Virus record (IMG/VR): IMGVR_UViG_3300010389_000019
Location: 1-54,231 of that record
Source of the DNA: a virus
Lineage: Duplodnaviria > Caudoviricetes
DNA: 54,231 nt
Reading direction: 5' to 3' (one strand)
Made by a program: the position numbers and the translations under genes. Each line of letters begins with the position of its first letter. Within the stretch, counting starts at the first letter, position 1. Below, in pieces: positions 53,512 through 54,231 of this stretch. The notes under the pieces are model-generated. The model saw only the letters and a list, made by a program, of their open reading frames with translations, was not told the origin of the DNA and did not search any database.

Positions 53512-53665
53512 TGAATACCTGGGGAAATTTTTTTAGAGCAAGGAATCACTCTCGCGTTTTCGGTTCGTTGTAGGTTAGGGTAGTTAGCGTTTTTTATAAC
53601 CGCATCGCCCGCCGACACGCACGCCCCGCAATCATAATAACTGCGATTTCACGACACTGGTCAAA

Positions 53666-53703
53666 TAAGGGCACGCACGATAACACTAACCGTGCGCCCC
53701 TTA
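53666..53703 (-). terminator. GC-rich hairpin downstream of the 68-aa early gene (probable terminator)
   Basis: Minus strand TAAGGGGCGCACG-loop-CGTGCGTGCCCTTA then TTT; the U-tract is weak. Confidence 0.5.
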
Positions 53704-53715
53704 AGTGTTATTCAA

Positions 53716-53922
53716 TCAACCAACTTTCCCCCCAGCGTTGTGACCATTGCCGCCGCGAAGTTTAACCCCAGCAACACGAACCCCAGTGGTTCTGTGACCC
53801 GAAGTGAACACCAGATCCTGCTTTCGTGCTTTCTTAGTGGGCAACTTCGTAACCTTAGGTTCAACACCGTTAGCACGAAGTTCGTCGATGATGTTGTTCA
53901 GGTTTTGGAAAGTGTTGGTCAA
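53716..53922 (-). CDS. Small basic early hypothetical protein (68 aa, TTG start)
   Basis: ORF track; directly downstream of a palindrome plus -10 promoter and followed by a hairpin. Confidence 0.7.
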   Translation of the reverse strand: MTNTFQNLNNIIDELRANGVEPKVTKLPTKKARKQDLVFTSGHRTTGVRVAGVKLRGGNGHNAGGKVG

Positions 53923-53948
53923 AGTGTTCGTTTGATTTCGACTCTTTT

Positions 53949-54005
53949 AATATACAGGATTCAGCGGGCAGAAGGGGGAAAGGTGGACAGTCCCCCGACT
54001 GGCAC
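53949..54005 (-). promoter_or_regulatory. Cyanomyovirus early-type promoter: imperfect palindrome plus -10 box
   Basis: Minus strand GTGCCAGT-N6-ACTGTCCAC (54005-53983), then TATATT (53954-53949) with no canonical -35. Confidence 0.65.
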
Positions 54006-54016
54006 AAGACTTCTCT

Positions 54017-54151
54017 TCAGAAACTGATTTCCTCTAGGGTAGGTTCAGGACGCTCAGATTCGTCTTCGGTGATAGCATTGAGAATTCGAAGAATCTCTGC
54101 GCCGTTGTTACCCTGACGGAGCATACCGAAAGCAGTTTCACGATTGAACAT
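54017..54151 (-). CDS. Small early hypothetical protein (44 aa)
   Basis: Manual translation MFNRETAFGMLRQGNNGAEILRILNAITEDESERPEPTLEEISF; ends just before the early promoter palindrome. Confidence 0.65.
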   Translation of the reverse strand: MFNRETAFGMLRQGNNGAEILRILNAITEDESERPEPTLEEISF

Positions 54152-54231
54152 TGAAGGAAAAAAATGTAAAGAACTGTTGGTGCTTTTAATGACATCACCA
54201 GGTCAAAATGAATCAGATTGTATCAAGCATG

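Noticed and set aside
53570-53590. TTAGGG-like telomeric repeat
   Set aside because: Only one exact TTAGGG within a degenerate tract; not a telomere array. Kept only as part of the skewed element.
53240-53715. tRNA or known riboswitch in the intergenic stretches
   Set aside because: No cloverleaf, T-loop GTTCRA with matching stems or CCA end was found by eye. tRNAscan-SE and Rfam would be needed to exclude them fully.
52943-54027. Plus-strand ORFs 52943..53212 and 53692..54027
   Set aside because: They overlap better-supported minus-strand genes that have promoters or terminators, and have no plus-strand expression signals.

Overview
Part of a large T4-like marine cyanophage genome (cyanomyovirus, Kyanoviridae-type). 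The gnd+zwf+PTOX content suggests a Synechococcus host. Almost all coding is on the minus strand. Read in transcription direction (right to left): (1) the end of an early small-gene region with a palindrome-associated promoter, an unusual non-coding strand-skewed element, a GT-A-type glycosyltransferase and conserved hypotheticals; (2) the baseplate/neck block g25-g6-g7 (4404 aa)-g8-VrlC-like (2902 aa)-g13-g14-g15-g16; (3) the variable region after g16, with two S74-chaperoned fibre proteins, a 638-aa modular basic protein, and a sigma70-driven auxiliary metabolic operon (PTOX, gnd, zwf) interleaved with unannotated membrane microproteins. One of these microproteins is a clear NdhP (NDH-1 subunit) homologue missed by the ORF track. 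Most notable observations: the NdhP-like gene within a possible thylakoid-redox microprotein operon; a reelin-like Asp-box domain inserted in gp7; a ~60-aa module repeated 11 times across three virion proteins; a candidate protease-processed head polyprotein; a divergent promoter pair firing antisense into late genes; hairpin-rich fibre-gene leaders; and a pervasive G-[IVL]-[GSAT]-T motif in virion proteins. No tRNA, rRNA, CRISPR array, integrase or transposase was recognised. All calls were made by eye, without database searches.
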